Below the pieces are notes generated by a model, which searched no databases, was not told the origin of the DNA, and saw only the letters and a program-made list of their open reading frames with translations. Below are positions 28,355 to 39,882 of a stretch of 64,000 nt of DNA, in pieces (the first letter of the stretch is position 1; every line of letters begins with the position of its first letter). The stretch lies in NCBI GenBank assembly GCA_039815375.1, contig JBCBZJ010000001.1:96001-160000 (forward strand), given 5' to 3'. This DNA is from Verrucomicrobiota bacterium. GTDB taxonomy: Bacteria > Verrucomicrobiota > Verrucomicrobiia > Opitutales > Coraliomargaritaceae. The translations under genes were made by a program, and so were the position numbers.

Positions 28355-28676
28355 GGTCTTTTTGCGTTGGTATGAGTCGCACTAAACGGAGAGGTCCCGC
28401 GTGCGAGTAGTTGTTTTTACGTTCCCGATGCTGAATGAAGGTTTCGCGGGGCGTTGGCCTAAAGGGCACCAATGCGGATCAATCCAGCAAACGGGTAGGT
28501 TTATCGCTAGAGAAGTAAATTTTGTGCGGCAAGGGTGAAGTTTGTTTCTGATTCAGAAACAAACAGTTAGGCGTGCGGAGTGAATAATCATAATTTCCCG
28601 CTTTCACGTTCAACTTTCCGACTTCGGCTCCGCTTCAAGCTTGCTTGCAGAGGAGCCGGGGCCTAGGCAGTTCGGG

Positions 28677-29048
28677 ATGGATAAATTCGATGAGATTTTT
28701 GCGCAGCAGGACGCCCTGAACAAACGTATCGGGGTTAATACCGATAACATGTCGGAGGAGGAAAAAGCCAAGTGGGTCCTGAATTATACAAGGGCAATGC
28801 AGCAGGAAATCGCCGAGCTGATCGATTCTGTGCCATGGAAATGGTGGGCAAAGTATCAGGAATTCGATGAGCAGAATGCCAAGGTCGAGGTGGTCGATCT
28901 CTTTCACTTTCTTATTTCCATTGCGCAGGTGCTCGGGATGACTCCGGAGGACGTTTACAATGCTTACGTGAAAAAGAACAAAGTGAACCATGATCGTCAG
29001 GACAGCGGTTATACTGAAAAAGACGAAGACGACTCGCGCCATATTTAA
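28677..29048 (+). CDS. Dimeric all-alpha dUTPase family protein
   Basis: QQEIAEL, PWKWW, EVVDLFHF and KNKVNHDRQ motifs. ATG 28677. Confidence 0.88.
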   Translation: MDKFDEIFAQQDALNKRIGVNTDNMSEEEKAKWVLNYTRAMQQEIAELIDSVPWKWWAKYQEFDEQNAKVEVVDLFHFLISIAQVLGMTPEDVYNAYVKKNKVNHDRQDSGYTEKDEDDSRHI

Positions 29049-29144
29049 GCATAAGCGATCCAAGAAGTTGGAAGTGAGAAGCCAGGATTGAGGCTTATTC
29101 TGACACGCTTAACTTAACAATTCTCATATCCCACCTCTTTTGTC

Positions 29145-29744
29145 ATGTCTGAGAACCCCATTATGATTCTGCTTTATGTGGGCATAGCGGTCTACGTAGG
29201 CAAAATGTACTGGGCCGACTATCAGGCCCGGAAGGAGCCGGACTTTGATGGTGAGTCTATGCCTGGGGCGTTTGGGACGTCCGTATACGCAGTTTTGATC
29301 GCGGTATTGGGCGCACTGTTGATTCTAGGGATCGAAACTGGTGGTGAGATCGCGCTCGGGATTGCCGCCGAGCAAAGCCAAATGGTCTGGTATTTCGTCT
29401 TTCCGATTATCGCAGCCGGCATCATCGAGGAGGTGATTTTTCGTGGTTACCTTGTGGTCGACAAGAAGGGGAAGGCAGCTCTGATTGCGAGCTGCATCGG
29501 CTTCTCACTGATCTTTGCGATTATCCACGCCCACCTCTGGAGTTTGGAAGACGGTTTTGAATGGACCTTCACGAGCAAAGCTTTCTTTTCCACCGGGATT
29601 CTTTTTGCGAACTCGCTTTGGTTCTATGCCTGCCGTTTTGGGCCGTGGAATAAGACGCGCTCGATCTTCCCCTGCATGATTGCACACGCTGCAAGCAATC
29701 TAGGCGTCTTCTTCGTTAAACTGGCTCAGGGCTTCGTTGTCTAA
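29145..29744 (+). CDS. CPBP (CAAX/Abi) intramembrane metalloprotease
   Basis: EEVIFRG, FAIIH and HAASN motifs. Confidence 0.9.
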   Translation: MSENPIMILLYVGIAVYVGKMYWADYQARKEPDFDGESMPGAFGTSVYAVLIAVLGALLILGIETGGEIALGIAAEQSQMVWYFVFPIIAAGIIEEVIFRGYLVVDKKGKAALIASCIGFSLIFAIIHAHLWSLEDGFEWTFTSKAFFSTGILFANSLWFYACRFGPWNKTRSIFPCMIAHAASNLGVFFVKLAQGFVV

Positions 29745-30584
29745 ATGATGAACGGGGAGGTTGGAGAACGACTAAATGCGATCGATGCAATGTTGCCCGA
29801 GCTTGAGTCGGAATTACTCGAGATCCAACAGGGTGATTTGAGTGTCGTTACCAAGTCCAATAGTTTCGATCTGGTAACGAAAGCGGATACGCTTTGTGAA
29901 GGTCGGTTGGTTGATTTTATCCGCGAACGATTCAGTGACGACGTCATTCTGGCAGAAGAGGGTAGTTCGGCAGCGAGCGCGGAAGAGGCCGAGGATCACT
30001 TTCTATGGATACTTGATCCAATCGACGGGACGACGAACTTCGCAAACGGGCTCCCGGTTTGGGGTATTTCCATTGGCCTGATGCAGCATTCGGAAATGGT
30101 GGGTGGTCTTGTCTCGGCGCCGGGGCTTTCTTTGCGCTATCGAGCGGTCAAAGGGCAGGGTGCAACCTGCAATGGCCAAACCATCCATGTAAATGAGAAG
30201 TCTGGCATGGCTGATGGCATTATCGCGACGGGCTTTCCCTATGACCGTGCCAAGTGCGCGGAGCCGATCTGCCGGGCGATGGAGAATATGCTTCGCAAGG
30301 CAGGTGGTATTCGCCGCTGGGGTGCCGCATCGCTGGACTTTTGCTTTCTCGCCGATGGCCGCTACACCGGATATTATGAGATGGGCTTGAAGCCCTGGGA
30401 CTATGCCGCCGGAAGTCTGATTGCGAAGGAGGCCGGAGCACGCGTGACGGATTTTCAGGGCGAGCCGCTGAACATTTTCACGAGTGCCGGAACGGTTACG
30501 ACCAACGGGCTGATTCATGAGGAGCTTCTACTGGCAGCAGAACCGATGATGGAGGCGATCCGCTTGTCATCATTTGAATCCTAG
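29745..30584 (+). CDS. suhB: Inositol monophosphatase family protein
   Basis: DLVTKAD, AEE, WILDPIDGTTNF and PWDYAAG motifs. Confidence 0.92.
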   Translation: MMNGEVGERLNAIDAMLPELESELLEIQQGDLSVVTKSNSFDLVTKADTLCEGRLVDFIRERFSDDVILAEEGSSAASAEEAEDHFLWILDPIDGTTNFANGLPVWGISIGLMQHSEMVGGLVSAPGLSLRYRAVKGQGATCNGQTIHVNEKSGMADGIIATGFPYDRAKCAEPICRAMENMLRKAGGIRRWGAASLDFCFLADGRYTGYYEMGLKPWDYAAGSLIAKEAGARVTDFQGEPLNIFTSAGTVTTNGLIHEELLLAAEPMMEAIRLSSFES

Positions 30585-30717
30585 TGTTTGACAACTTGTA
30601 AAACACTACAGCTCCTTTTCAGCTATAAAGACGATCCCAGTTCGAGAGGTGAAGCTCCGGCAAGTTTTGAAGCGGATCGTGTAAGGAATCCGAGTAAACT
30701 CCAATTTAATCGTAACA

Positions 30718-31713
30718 ATGGATCCGTTGTCACAAGCAGGAATCGGAGCAGCGGCAGCCAGCCTGGCAGCTCGTAAAGGAGGTCTTCGCCGTGCGCTCGT
30801 AGTGGGCATCGTGGCAGGAGCAGCTCCGGACCTCGACGTCTTGATTCGTTCGGATGAAGACCCGCTTCTTGGCCTACAGTATCATCGCCATTTCACCCAC
30901 GCGATCGCCTTCGCTCCGGTGATCGGCCTTGTCGTCGCTGGTCTCTTTCGGGGGATTTTCAAATGGCCGCTTCGCGAAGTTCTCCTGCCTGCTGTTCTGG
31001 CAGCCCTCTCTCATGGCTTGTTGGATGCCTGCACGAGTTACGGAACGCTCTTATATTTGCCCTTCAGTAACTATCGCGAGTCCTGGGACGTGATCTCAAT
31101 CATCGACCCGCTCTTCACCCTCCCACTCGTGGTTGCATTGCTGTTTTCCTTTATACTCAAACGCGTGCGCTTTGCCCAGCTTGGATTGGTCTGGTGCCTG
31201 GCGTATTTGTTTTTTGGATACTCGCAGCGCGAGCGCGCCGAGGCTTTTGCGCTAGAGCTTGCTGAATCGCGTGGCTTGGTCGCTGAGACGGTGACAGCTC
31301 GGCCCTCTATCGCGAATTTGATGCTCTGGCGCATTGTGGTAAAAAGTCGCGGTCGTTATTTCGTTGATGCGGTGAATCTCGTGCCGTCTCGTCGGCCAAC
31401 GCTTTACTCAGGGACGACCGTTCCGGTTTTGGATCTTTCCTCTTTTGAGTCAGAGCAGACGGTCTTGGCCAAAGATGTGGCTCGCTTTGATCATTTTTCA
31501 CAAAGCTACCTCTACGAGGTTCCGGGAAAGTTGAATGTTCTGGGCGATCTGCGCTATTCAGCTTTTCCGGATTCGATCGAGCCACTTTGGGGAATCGAAT
31601 ATGACCCGAACCAAACAGGGCAGCATGTATCCATGGTTTACTTCCGTGATCTCTCGGAAGGTTCTTTTCAAAGGCTTTGGAGGATGATCCAGGGTAAGCC
31701 AGTAGATGAATGA
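30718..31713 (+). CDS. Membrane-bound metal-dependent hydrolase (YdjM-like)
   Basis: MDPLSQ, PDLD, HRHFTH, SHGLLDACTSYG and IIDP motifs. Confidence 0.88.
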   Translation: MDPLSQAGIGAAAASLAARKGGLRRALVVGIVAGAAPDLDVLIRSDEDPLLGLQYHRHFTHAIAFAPVIGLVVAGLFRGIFKWPLREVLLPAVLAALSHGLLDACTSYGTLLYLPFSNYRESWDVISIIDPLFTLPLVVALLFSFILKRVRFAQLGLVWCLAYLFFGYSQRERAEAFALELAESRGLVAETVTARPSIANLMLWRIVVKSRGRYFVDAVNLVPSRRPTLYSGTTVPVLDLSSFESEQTVLAKDVARFDHFSQSYLYEVPGKLNVLGDLRYSAFPDSIEPLWGIEYDPNQTGQHVSMVYFRDLSEGSFQRLWRMIQGKPVDE

Positions 31714-31730
31714 TTCAGGTAAACAGTTGG

Positions 31731-32339
31731 TCAACGCGCCACTAATGGGCCATCGGCACCGATAGCATTGAGCCTTTCCAGGCGTTCGGTTTCTTCGGAC
31801 CAGTCCTGAGGCAGCCGCTTAATAATTGAAGTATCGTAACCGGCATCTTCCAGTTTCACCAGGAGCGCGTTGTAGGTTTCGTCCTCGATCTCGCTGGAGC
31901 GGTCCATGATCCAGGCATACTTCCGGTTGGGGTGCCCAATGATAGTGCTTTGGTAATCCTCGGAAACGTATATGATGACATAGTCGGCCTTGAACGGCCA
32001 AATAAACTGCATTTGCCAGAGCGCGCCGCTCGGGTCGTCCTTCTTCGGAAAACCGGTCGGGGTGTAGGTCTTCAGCTTTCCGGTGAAGCTACCATCTCTG
32101 AAGCGGTAGGTTGTCTCGACTTCGTTCTTCGCGTTCAGGTAGTAGTGCTCGACTGCATTGTGTGCAGCCTTGTCGACGAGAATAGGAGTATATCCGTGGA
32201 CAAACCACGCACCCATGAAATCTTGAATCTTCACCTTTTCGGGAGTTGGCAATGGAGTCCGCGAAGAGGCGCACCCAATCAGCAAGATGAGTGAGATCAG
32301 TATTGGTGTGAATATTAAAAATCTTAACTTGGTAGCCAC
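31731..32339 (-). CDS. blc: Lipocalin-family lipoprotein
   Basis: Lipobox [19 protein letters not shown] and YAWIMDR. Confidence 0.85.
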   Translation of the reverse strand: MATKLRFLIFTPILISLILLIGCASSRTPLPTPEKVKIQDFMGAWFVHGYTPILVDKAAHNAVEHYYLNAKNEVETTYRFRDGSFTGKLKTYTPTGFPKKDDPSGALWQMQFIWPFKADYVIIYVSEDYQSTIIGHPNRKYAWIMDRSSEIEDETYNALLVKLEDAGYDTSIIKRLPQDWSEETERLERLNAIGADGPLVAR

Positions 32340-32395
32340 ACTTTCTAATCGTATTCTTGATGGCGGACCTTACCAAAAGCCAGCCATAGACTTGA

Positions 32396-34453
32396 TTACC
32401 CTTCTGCGATTAGTCCGTCGCGTCTGAGTAATGCATCCGGATCGGGGCCGCGGCCCATAAAGTCTTTGTAGAGTTTTGCGGGGTCCTCGGAGTTTCCCTT
32501 GGCGAGAATCTTGTTGCGGAAATCGCGGCCCGTCTCGGGGTTGAGGATACCTTCCTTCTGGAAACGGGTGAAGGCATCGGCATCGAGCACTTCGGCCCAT
32601 TTGTAGCTGTAATAACCGGAAGCGTAGCCTGTCGGGCTGCTGAAAAGGTGGCTGAAATTGAAGACGTTGGACTTGGGCTGGGTTTTGTATTCGGCGGCGT
32701 AGCCCTGCAGCACGTTCTCGATGAATTGGTCGAGGTCTTCCCGGGCGGAGAGCGGCCAGTTGATATGCAGTTCGAGGTCCATCTTACCAAAGCTGAGCTG
32801 ACGGACATTGGCACTTGCTTTCATGTAGTTGCGCGCGGCCAGCATTTTCCCGAAGAGCGCTTCCGGGATGGCTTCGCCTGTTTCGTAGTGTCGGGCGAAG
32901 CGGTCCAGGCTTATGCGATCCCAGCACCAGTTCTCCATGATTTGAGAAGGGAGCTCGACGAAGTCCCAGGGGACATTGACGCCGTTGAGCGACTTCACCT
33001 CGACCTCTCCGCAGAGGTGGTGGAGGAGGTGGCCGAATTCGTGAAAGATGGTCTCGACTTCACGATGGGTTAGGAGCGCGGGTTTGTCGCCGACCGAAGG
33101 AGTCAGGTTGCCGCAGATGAGGCCGAGGTGAGGGGTGCGTTTCTTATCGCGCTCGCCAGTGATGAGATAATTCATCCAGGCACCACCGCGCTTGGATTCG
33201 CGCGGATGCCAGTCGGCGTAGAAGGCACCGAGGAGTTCGTTTGTATCTGCATCGAACAGATCGTAGAATCTGACCTCTTTGTGCCAGACCTGGGCCTCCT
33301 TGCTTTCTTCGATGCGCAGGCCGAGGAGTTCCTGTGCGATCTCAAACATTCCGTCGATGACGCGGTTGATCGGGAAATAGGGGCGGAGCGCCTCTTCATC
33401 GAAGTCGTAGTTGGCCTTTCGCTGTTTCTCGGCCCAGTAACCGACTTCCCAGGGCTCCAGCAGTGGCGCGTCGACAGACTGCGAGGAGGCAGTCCCTCTG
33501 ACATTTTTAAATTGGCGGAGCTGCTCTGCTTCCGCTTCAAACTGCTCGCGAACTTTTTCGAAGATCGTCTCTCCGAACTGCAGGGCGGCATTTCCTGAAG
33601 CCGCCATGCGGCGCTCGGTGACATGATCGGCGAAGTTCTCCTGTCCGACGAGCTGGGCAAATTCATGGCGCAGGTCGAGGATTTCCCGGACCAGAGCTTG
33701 GTTGTTGTGAGAGTCCCCGCGGCCGATGGCGGCATAGGCCTGCCAGACCTCTTTGCGCAGTGCATCGCTTTCGGCGTAGGTCATGACCGGGATGTAGGAG
33801 GGTGCCTGAAGGGTGAAGCGCCATGCGTTTTCATGGCCTTTGGCCTCCGCACTCTGTTTTGCTGCGGCTATTGCAGATTCGGGCAGTCCGGCCAGCTCGG
33901 ATTCGTTGATGATAATTTTCTCCCAGGCATTTACAGCATCAAGGCAGTTCTCCGAGTATTTCTGGGTGAGCTCGGCGAGACGGCTCTGCAGCTCTGCGGC
34001 GCGTTTCTTCTTTTCAGGCGCAAGGTCGGCACCCTGCTCGCGGAAGTCGGCAAGCGTCTCCTGCACGTAGCGCTGTTTTGTAGGAGAGAGCGTTTGAACG
34101 CTATCACTGGTGCCGAATACTTTAATCGTTTCCCATAGTTTGGCATTGAGTGGAATACTGGAGAAAAAGTCGGTCACTTCGGGAAGCATCTTGTTGTAAG
34201 CCTCCCGGAGCTCGGGGCTATTGCAGACCGAGTCGAGGTGACTGACGAGTCCCCAGGCGCGATTCAGCGGCTGAAGCGCCTGATCGAGTGCTTCAATCGT
34301 TTCTTCATAAGAACTCGCCCCGGCCTCTGGACGCGCGACTTTTTCGACGGCGCTCGAGGCATCAGCCAGTGCTTTACGGATATCGACTTCAATATGGTCG
34401 GGAGTTAATTCAGACCATTTGATATGAAACTCGTCTTTGAGGAATGGGTGCAT
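32396..34453 (-). CDS. prlC: M3-family oligopeptidase A
   Basis: FHEFGHLLH, DFVELPSQ, KRGGAWM and GYYSYKWAEVLDADAF motifs. ATG 34453. Confidence 0.95.
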   Translation of the reverse strand: MHPFLKDEFHIKWSELTPDHIEVDIRKALADASSAVEKVARPEAGASSYEETIEALDQALQPLNRAWGLVSHLDSVCNSPELREAYNKMLPEVTDFFSSIPLNAKLWETIKVFGTSDSVQTLSPTKQRYVQETLADFREQGADLAPEKKKRAAELQSRLAELTQKYSENCLDAVNAWEKIIINESELAGLPESAIAAAKQSAEAKGHENAWRFTLQAPSYIPVMTYAESDALRKEVWQAYAAIGRGDSHNNQALVREILDLRHEFAQLVGQENFADHVTERRMAASGNAALQFGETIFEKVREQFEAEAEQLRQFKNVRGTASSQSVDAPLLEPWEVGYWAEKQRKANYDFDEEALRPYFPINRVIDGMFEIAQELLGLRIEESKEAQVWHKEVRFYDLFDADTNELLGAFYADWHPRESKRGGAWMNYLITGERDKKRTPHLGLICGNLTPSVGDKPALLTHREVETIFHEFGHLLHHLCGEVEVKSLNGVNVPWDFVELPSQIMENWCWDRISLDRFARHYETGEAIPEALFGKMLAARNYMKASANVRQLSFGKMDLELHINWPLSAREDLDQFIENVLQGYAAEYKTQPKSNVFNFSHLFSSPTGYASGYYSYKWAEVLDADAFTRFQKEGILNPETGRDFRNKILAKGNSEDPAKLYKDFMGRGPDPDALLRRDGLIAEG

Positions 34454-34532
34454 GCGACGGAACGTTGAACATTGAATTATGAAGGTCAAAGCATTGCATT
34501 GCTTTGATTGAGAGTAAGCTCATTTTACCGCT

Positions 34533-35279
34533 ATGGCGCGTTACCGTTCCTTTATTTTACCTGAAGCGACTGTCGGAGAAAAGACAGTGACGCTTGATTC
34601 ACGCGAGAGCCACCATCTGGTGAAGGTCTTACGTGCCCGTATCGGCGAATCTGTCGAACTTTTGGATGGTCGAGGTTCTCGTTTTTACGGGACAATCTCC
34701 GAAGCGAATGCCAAGTCGGTTCAGGTCTCAGTCGAAAATTCTGAGACAGTTCTGTTGCCGAAGCCGAAGGTGACTTTAGTTCAATCCATTTCAAAGGGGA
34801 AGGCGATGGACCTCATCCTAAGAATCGCCACGGAAATCGGCGCCAGCGTAATCCAGCCGGTTTTCACGCATCATGGAGAAGTGCAAATCAAAGGCGAACG
34901 CTTGGCTTCCAAGGTGGAGAAGTGGAATCTAACGATGATCGAATCCTGTAAGCAGTGCGGCCTGCCTTATCTGCCAGAGCTTGGGGAACCAGCCACTTTG
35001 AGCCGATGGTTGGAGCGTAAGCCCATTACAGAAAAAGAACTTTGCCTTGTCGGGAGTCTGGAAGCGGGCACCCGTCCTTTGCTTGAAGTGCTCGGGGAGC
35101 ATATCGGAGTAGAGGAAGTCTTTGTTGCAATCGGCCCGGAGGGCGATTTTTCCCCGGAGGAATATGCGGCTTTGCGTAAGGCAGGATTCACGGGGGTTCG
35201 CCTCGGTGTAAATGTGCTTCGTGCCGAGACTGCTTCCGCTTATATTCTAAGCGTCATAGATCAGTGTCTGAGGGCTTAG
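34533..35279 (+). CDS. rsmE: 16S rRNA m3U1498 methyltransferase
   Basis: [22 protein letters not shown] and LRAETA motifs. Confidence 0.95.
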   Translation: MARYRSFILPEATVGEKTVTLDSRESHHLVKVLRARIGESVELLDGRGSRFYGTISEANAKSVQVSVENSETVLLPKPKVTLVQSISKGKAMDLILRIATEIGASVIQPVFTHHGEVQIKGERLASKVEKWNLTMIESCKQCGLPYLPELGEPATLSRWLERKPITEKELCLVGSLEAGTRPLLEVLGEHIGVEEVFVAIGPEGDFSPEEYAALRKAGFTGVRLGVNVLRAETASAYILSVIDQCLRA

Positions 35280-36487
35280 CCCAGTCCGAAGCCGAGTATG
35301 GTAATATCGTCCTGCTGGTCAGGTGACTCCGTGTGTTTCTCAACCGCATCGTAAACTGATTGGAGCGTTTCCTGAACCGTCAGTTCGGACTGTTTTGCAA
35401 AAAGCTCCATGAGTCGCTCCATTCCGAATTCTTCGCCATCCGGATCGGATGCTTCGACAATACCATCAGTAAAGGCGTAGAAGCGGTCGCCGATTTTGAG
35501 TTCGATTGCCTTTGCCTTTGAAGCTGCGCTGCCCGGTATGCCCATGACCATTCCGGAGGGGAGTTCGATGAGTTCGCATTTTTTTTCGGTATTCCGGTAA
35601 ACAAGGACTTGCCGATGCCCGGAGTGAGAGAGGATCAGTTTGCGACTTCCATCTTTCTGACGTGCACCGAAGTGCCCGGCGAGCCCTGTCACAAAACCTC
35701 CTCGCATTCGGCCGGTTACCTCATGGTTTACCGAATTCAGGAAATCCTGCGGGTTTCCGTTGTAAACTTCTGCGCTATGCGCGGTCAGATACTTGATGAG
35801 GACTGTGTAGAATGCAGCCGATACGCCATGACCGCAGACATCGCCAAGGAAGAAAAGAAGGCAGTTGCTGGGGTTGCGCGGGAAGTTGATGATGTCGCCG
35901 CCGACCGAGGTCATTGGCTCCCAGATATGGGCGATGTCAACATGGTTCACATGAGGGACCCGGCCTGGGATCATGACTGCCTGAACCTTGTGTGCACTTT
36001 CGTAGTCGGCGCGCAGCACTTCGTTTTGCTCGCGCAGGCGCTGCTCACTTTCAGCGAGTTTAAGTTGCGTAATTTTTTCGGCAGTTACGTCACGTGAGAT
36101 GCCAATGATACCCGCAAGCTTGCCCGAGCTGAGGTAAAGTGGCGCTTTGGTTGAAGAGACCCAAGTGTCATCGCCATCGACCCAGGTTTCTCTTTCAACC
36201 TTGCTAATCGGTTTTTCGGTTCGAAGAATTTCCTGCTCGTCGTCGTAAGCCTGTTGGGCATGCTCCTTGGAGAAGAGGTCAAAATCGGTCATGCCTTCAA
36301 GTTGATGGCTATTTTTATATCCGTGTAAGTTGGCCAGTGCCTGACTGACGGCGACAAAGCGACTTTTTTTGTCCTTGATGTAGATGCGGTCGGGCGTCTG
36401 TTCCATCAGACTTTCGAACAGGCGTTTTGCAGAAGCGCGCAACAGCATGGAGTTGCCGTCTGGTTCGATCTTTGCCGATGTCTTCAT
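35276..36487 (-). CDS. PAS-domain SpoIIE/RsbU-type PP2C phosphatase
   Basis: PAS (IYIKD, TDFDLF, GISRDVT), then VGGD, GDVCGHG, FTDG and DDIT. Confidence 0.92.
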   Translation of the reverse strand: MKTSAKIEPDGNSMLLRASAKRLFESLMEQTPDRIYIKDKKSRFVAVSQALANLHGYKNSHQLEGMTDFDLFSKEHAQQAYDDEQEILRTEKPISKVERETWVDGDDTWVSSTKAPLYLSSGKLAGIIGISRDVTAEKITQLKLAESEQRLREQNEVLRADYESAHKVQAVMIPGRVPHVNHVDIAHIWEPMTSVGGDIINFPRNPSNCLLFFLGDVCGHGVSAAFYTVLIKYLTAHSAEVYNGNPQDFLNSVNHEVTGRMRGGFVTGLAGHFGARQKDGSRKLILSHSGHRQVLVYRNTEKKCELIELPSGMVMGIPGSAASKAKAIELKIGDRFYAFTDGIVEASDPDGEEFGMERLMELFAKQSELTVQETLQSVYDAVEKHTESPDQQDDITILGFGLG

Positions 36488-36552
36488 TCTAAACTAATCT
36501 ATTCTATCGGATGCGCTTGGCAATACTAGGTAGGTTAGTTTTTGTAATTTGC

Positions 36553-37008
36553 ATGCGATTGGTCTTACAGCGCGTTTCCCATGCTTCGGTTCGTGTAGAA
36601 GATGAGGTGATCGGTTCAATTGGGAGGGGTTTCCTCTTGTTTCTTGGAGTTGGGCAAGAGGATGTTGAATCCGATGCTGACTGGCTGGTGACACGTGCTG
36701 TAAAGCTTCGGGTTTTCGAATCGGAGCCGGGTCGTATGGACCTCGCCTTACCTGATGTTGATGGCGAGGTTTTGGTTGTCAGTCAGTTTACGCTTTATGG
36801 CAGTCTTAAGAAGGGCAACCGTCCATCATTCAATCGTGCCGCACCGCCCGGCACCGCAATCCCGCTCTATGAATACTTCGTTGGGCGATTGCGCGAAGCG
36901 CTTGGTAAGCCTGTGCCAACAGGCCGCTTCGGAGCGGATATGCAGATCGAAGTGCACAACGATGGCCCGGTCACACTGGTGGTCGATTCGAGGCAGCGGG
37001 ATTTTTAA
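36553..37008 (+). CDS. dtd: D-aminoacyl-tRNA deacylase
   Basis: [20 protein letters not shown] and NDGPVT motifs. Confidence 0.96.
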   Translation: MRLVLQRVSHASVRVEDEVIGSIGRGFLLFLGVGQEDVESDADWLVTRAVKLRVFESEPGRMDLALPDVDGEVLVVSQFTLYGSLKKGNRPSFNRAAPPGTAIPLYEYFVGRLREALGKPVPTGRFGADMQIEVHNDGPVTLVVDSRQRDF

Positions 37009-38477
37009 GAGAAGCGTTTCCAGACGGAGGGAGCAAAGAGCACCAGCACCGCGTAGAGTTCAAGACGGCCAAGTATCATCAAGAGGCTCAGAAAACTTTT
37101 CGTTATGGGCCGAAGGAAGTGAAAATTTTCCATTGGGCCAACTGCCTCGAAGCCCGGTCCGATATTGAAAAGCGTCGCCTGGACAGAGGAGAAAACGCCA
37201 AGGAAGCTAAGCTCCGGCTCCATGGCTGAAACGAAGAGCATGGAGAGGATTTGCAGTGTCGCCATCAACATCAGGAAGAGGATGACGTTATGAATAGCGC
37301 GTTCGCTGAGGTGTTGCCCGCCCATCCGCATAGTGATGGTGACGTTTGGCCTGAACGCATGGGTAATGCTCCGCAATGCGGCCCTTAGGGCGACTGCGAT
37401 ACGAACGACTTTAACGCCACCTCCGGTTGAACCTGAGCAGCCGCCGATAAACATTAGGATCATCAGCAACATCTTGGCAGGTGGTAGCCAACTGTCGAAG
37501 TCGGCTGAGGCGTAGCCAGTTGTCGTCAGGATAGAAGTCGCCTGGAAGGCGGCCGTGCGGATACTGTCGTGGGTCGGGAGCAGGCCGGTTAACTCAACCA
37601 GATAGAGCGTCAACAACGCTGTGCTCGCGGCCAATATACCGTAGAACCAATAGACTTCGTGATTTTGCCTCAGGATGTGGTGCTGCCCTTTGAGCAGTCG
37701 TATGACGTAGACAAAGGTCGTTGCGCTCAAGGCCATGAAGACGATTGCGATCCACTCGATAGCAGGGCTGTTGAATTCGGCGATGCTATCTGCTTCCGTG
37801 CTGAACCCGCCCGTTGCAATTGTCGTCATGCTATGGTTGATGGCCTGAAACCAAGTCATGCCGGCAAATTTATATGCCAGCATGCAAAGCAGTGAAATCG
37901 CGAGATAGTAAACCATCAGGACGAAAGCACCGTGCTGGATACGCCCCTGTTCAAAGTCAGCAGAGGTTCCGGACGACTCGTTGGTGAACAGAATCTTCGC
38001 GCCGGCGCCAAGCGAGCTGAGGATCGCGACGAACAAGACGACCACACCAAGGCCGCCCACCCACTGGCTGAGTGAGCGCCAGAAGAGAAGGCTCGAAGGA
38101 AACTCGTAGAAATTCCAAAAGGCAGTGGCGCCGGTAGTCGTCAGGCCGGAGGCACTCTCGAAGAGAGCATCGGATAGGTCGCAATCCTCGACCGTGAGTG
38201 CATACGGAATTGCACCGACAAGGGTGGCCAGTATCCAGGACAGGCCGATTGCGCAGAGCGCCTCGCGACGGAAAAGCTTCATCGCTCCGTTCCGACCCAT
38301 GGCGTAGAAAATGCCGGAAAGAAGAAGGGAGACGAGTATTGCGGCGCCGAAGGCCTGAATCGATGGGTCTTCTAAAGTCTCGCCCATGATCAGGCCCGCT
38401 GTGATACAGGAACCGAACGCAACGCTGAGTGCCAGCAACACCATGCTGAGCATCTTGTAAATGATCGCAGTGTTCAC
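37005..38477 (-). CDS. trkH: Trk potassium uptake membrane subunit
   Basis: Four pore motifs TTTG, TGGF, TTTGY and NIGPG, plus GSTGGG and LGRLE. Confidence 0.95.
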   Translation of the reverse strand: MNTAIIYKMLSMVLLALSVAFGSCITAGLIMGETLEDPSIQAFGAAILVSLLLSGIFYAMGRNGAMKLFRREALCAIGLSWILATLVGAIPYALTVEDCDLSDALFESASGLTTTGATAFWNFYEFPSSLLFWRSLSQWVGGLGVVVLFVAILSSLGAGAKILFTNESSGTSADFEQGRIQHGAFVLMVYYLAISLLCMLAYKFAGMTWFQAINHSMTTIATGGFSTEADSIAEFNSPAIEWIAIVFMALSATTFVYVIRLLKGQHHILRQNHEVYWFYGILAASTALLTLYLVELTGLLPTHDSIRTAAFQATSILTTTGYASADFDSWLPPAKMLLMILMFIGGCSGSTGGGVKVVRIAVALRAALRSITHAFRPNVTITMRMGGQHLSERAIHNVILFLMLMATLQILSMLFVSAMEPELSFLGVFSSVQATLFNIGPGFEAVGPMENFHFLRPITKSFLSLLMILGRLELYAVLVLFAPSVWKRFS

Positions 38478-38479
38478 AG

Positions 38480-39826
38480 CTAAACGAGAGCCTTTGTGAG
38501 AGCCTTCTCCTGATCGCCGGCGACGATCACTACGATGCGGTCGCCTGCAAGTATGGTGTCTTCTGCGCCAGGCACCTTGGCTTTGAACTTATGGAGTAGT
38601 GCAACCATAAGGCAGCCCGGAGGAAGTTGGATGTCTTTAATCGCACGACCAACGACCGGACTGGAATGACTAATGCGCACTTCCAGCACACGGCTGCCGT
38701 CCGGCATTTCGGCAAGCATTGCGAGGGACTCGCTGGACAGGTTGCGCAGCATGAAGTCCGCTGTGGCACTACGTGGCGATACGGCTACCTCAATGTCCAG
38801 GCGGGATTTCAGCATGCCCAGGAGATCGTCATAATCTCCTTTGTTTATGACAAGCTGGACGTGCTCTGCGCCCAGTTTGGAAGCTTGTATACAGGTTAGA
38901 ATGTTTTCCTCATCGTCCTTTGTGCAGGCGACGAAGTAATCTGCGCTGCCGACCTGTTCCTCTTCCATCAGGCGTATGGAAGTGGCATCGCCGTTGATCA
39001 CAGTAATGTGCGGGAAACGCTCGGCGAGACGTCGGCATTGCCCCTGGTCTTTTTCGATGACGCGGATTTTAAAGCGCGGGTTCTTCAGAAGTTGTATGAG
39101 GTTAATTGCGGTCTCGCTACCTCCAAAGAGAACCACGCGGGAGAGCTCGATTTTCTGGTTGGGGTCGAACTTGTCCCGCATTGCGAAAAGCACTTCCGGA
39201 TGTCCGAAGAGGGTGACGGTATCGCCTTCCTTGAGCTCGGTGTTGGCATTGGCGATCTCGGTGGTTTCTCCGCTTTGAACATAACCGATTCGGACCTGTG
39301 GATCGAGGCGGAGCTCTCGAAGTTGTTTGCCGATCATGCGCGAGCCATGAGCGACCTTCTGGCGCTGCACCTCGATTTGGCCGCGCGCAAAGTGTTCCAC
39401 TTCGACACGACCGGCACTGCGGATTTCCTTGGCTAGCTCGACGGCACAAATCGCCTCCGGGTTTACCAACAGGTCGATGCCGAAGTGCAGCTGGTAGTTG
39501 ATTATCGAGTTGTCGCTGTAGGTCTCGTCGTGGATACGTGCGATGGTGTTCTTTGCCCCAAGACCTTTCGCGAGGGAGCAGGAGATAATATTCGTCCGGT
39601 CGTCGCTGGTCATGGCGAGGAAGGCATCGCACTTGGCTACGCCGACTTCGACAAGCTGGCGCGCAGAGCTGCCGTTGCCCGTGACGATACGTGCGTTCTG
39701 CTCCTCCTCGAGGCGTTCACAGTGGAGTTCCGAGCGCTCGATAAGAGTGACGTCATGCCCGGAGGCTGCCAACACGGTGCTAAGGTTGCTGCCGACCTCG
39801 CCGGCACCTACAATGATGATCTTCAT
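38480..39826 (-). CDS. trkA: Trk potassium uptake regulatory subunit
   Basis: Two RCK domains (GAGEVG, NGDAT), 448 aa, adjacent to trkH. Confidence 0.95.
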   Translation of the reverse strand: MKIIIVGAGEVGSNLSTVLAASGHDVTLIERSELHCERLEEEQNARIVTGNGSSARQLVEVGVAKCDAFLAMTSDDRTNIISCSLAKGLGAKNTIARIHDETYSDNSIINYQLHFGIDLLVNPEAICAVELAKEIRSAGRVEVEHFARGQIEVQRQKVAHGSRMIGKQLRELRLDPQVRIGYVQSGETTEIANANTELKEGDTVTLFGHPEVLFAMRDKFDPNQKIELSRVVLFGGSETAINLIQLLKNPRFKIRVIEKDQGQCRRLAERFPHITVINGDATSIRLMEEEQVGSADYFVACTKDDEENILTCIQASKLGAEHVQLVINKGDYDDLLGMLKSRLDIEVAVSPRSATADFMLRNLSSESLAMLAEMPDGSRVLEVRISHSSPVVGRAIKDIQLPPGCLMVALLHKFKAKVPGAEDTILAGDRIVVIVAGDQEKALTKALV

Positions 39827-39882
39827 AACTGAAGGCCCTCATAGTGACAGGCCGTGCGTGTATTTCCAGAAGTTTCTGGGGT

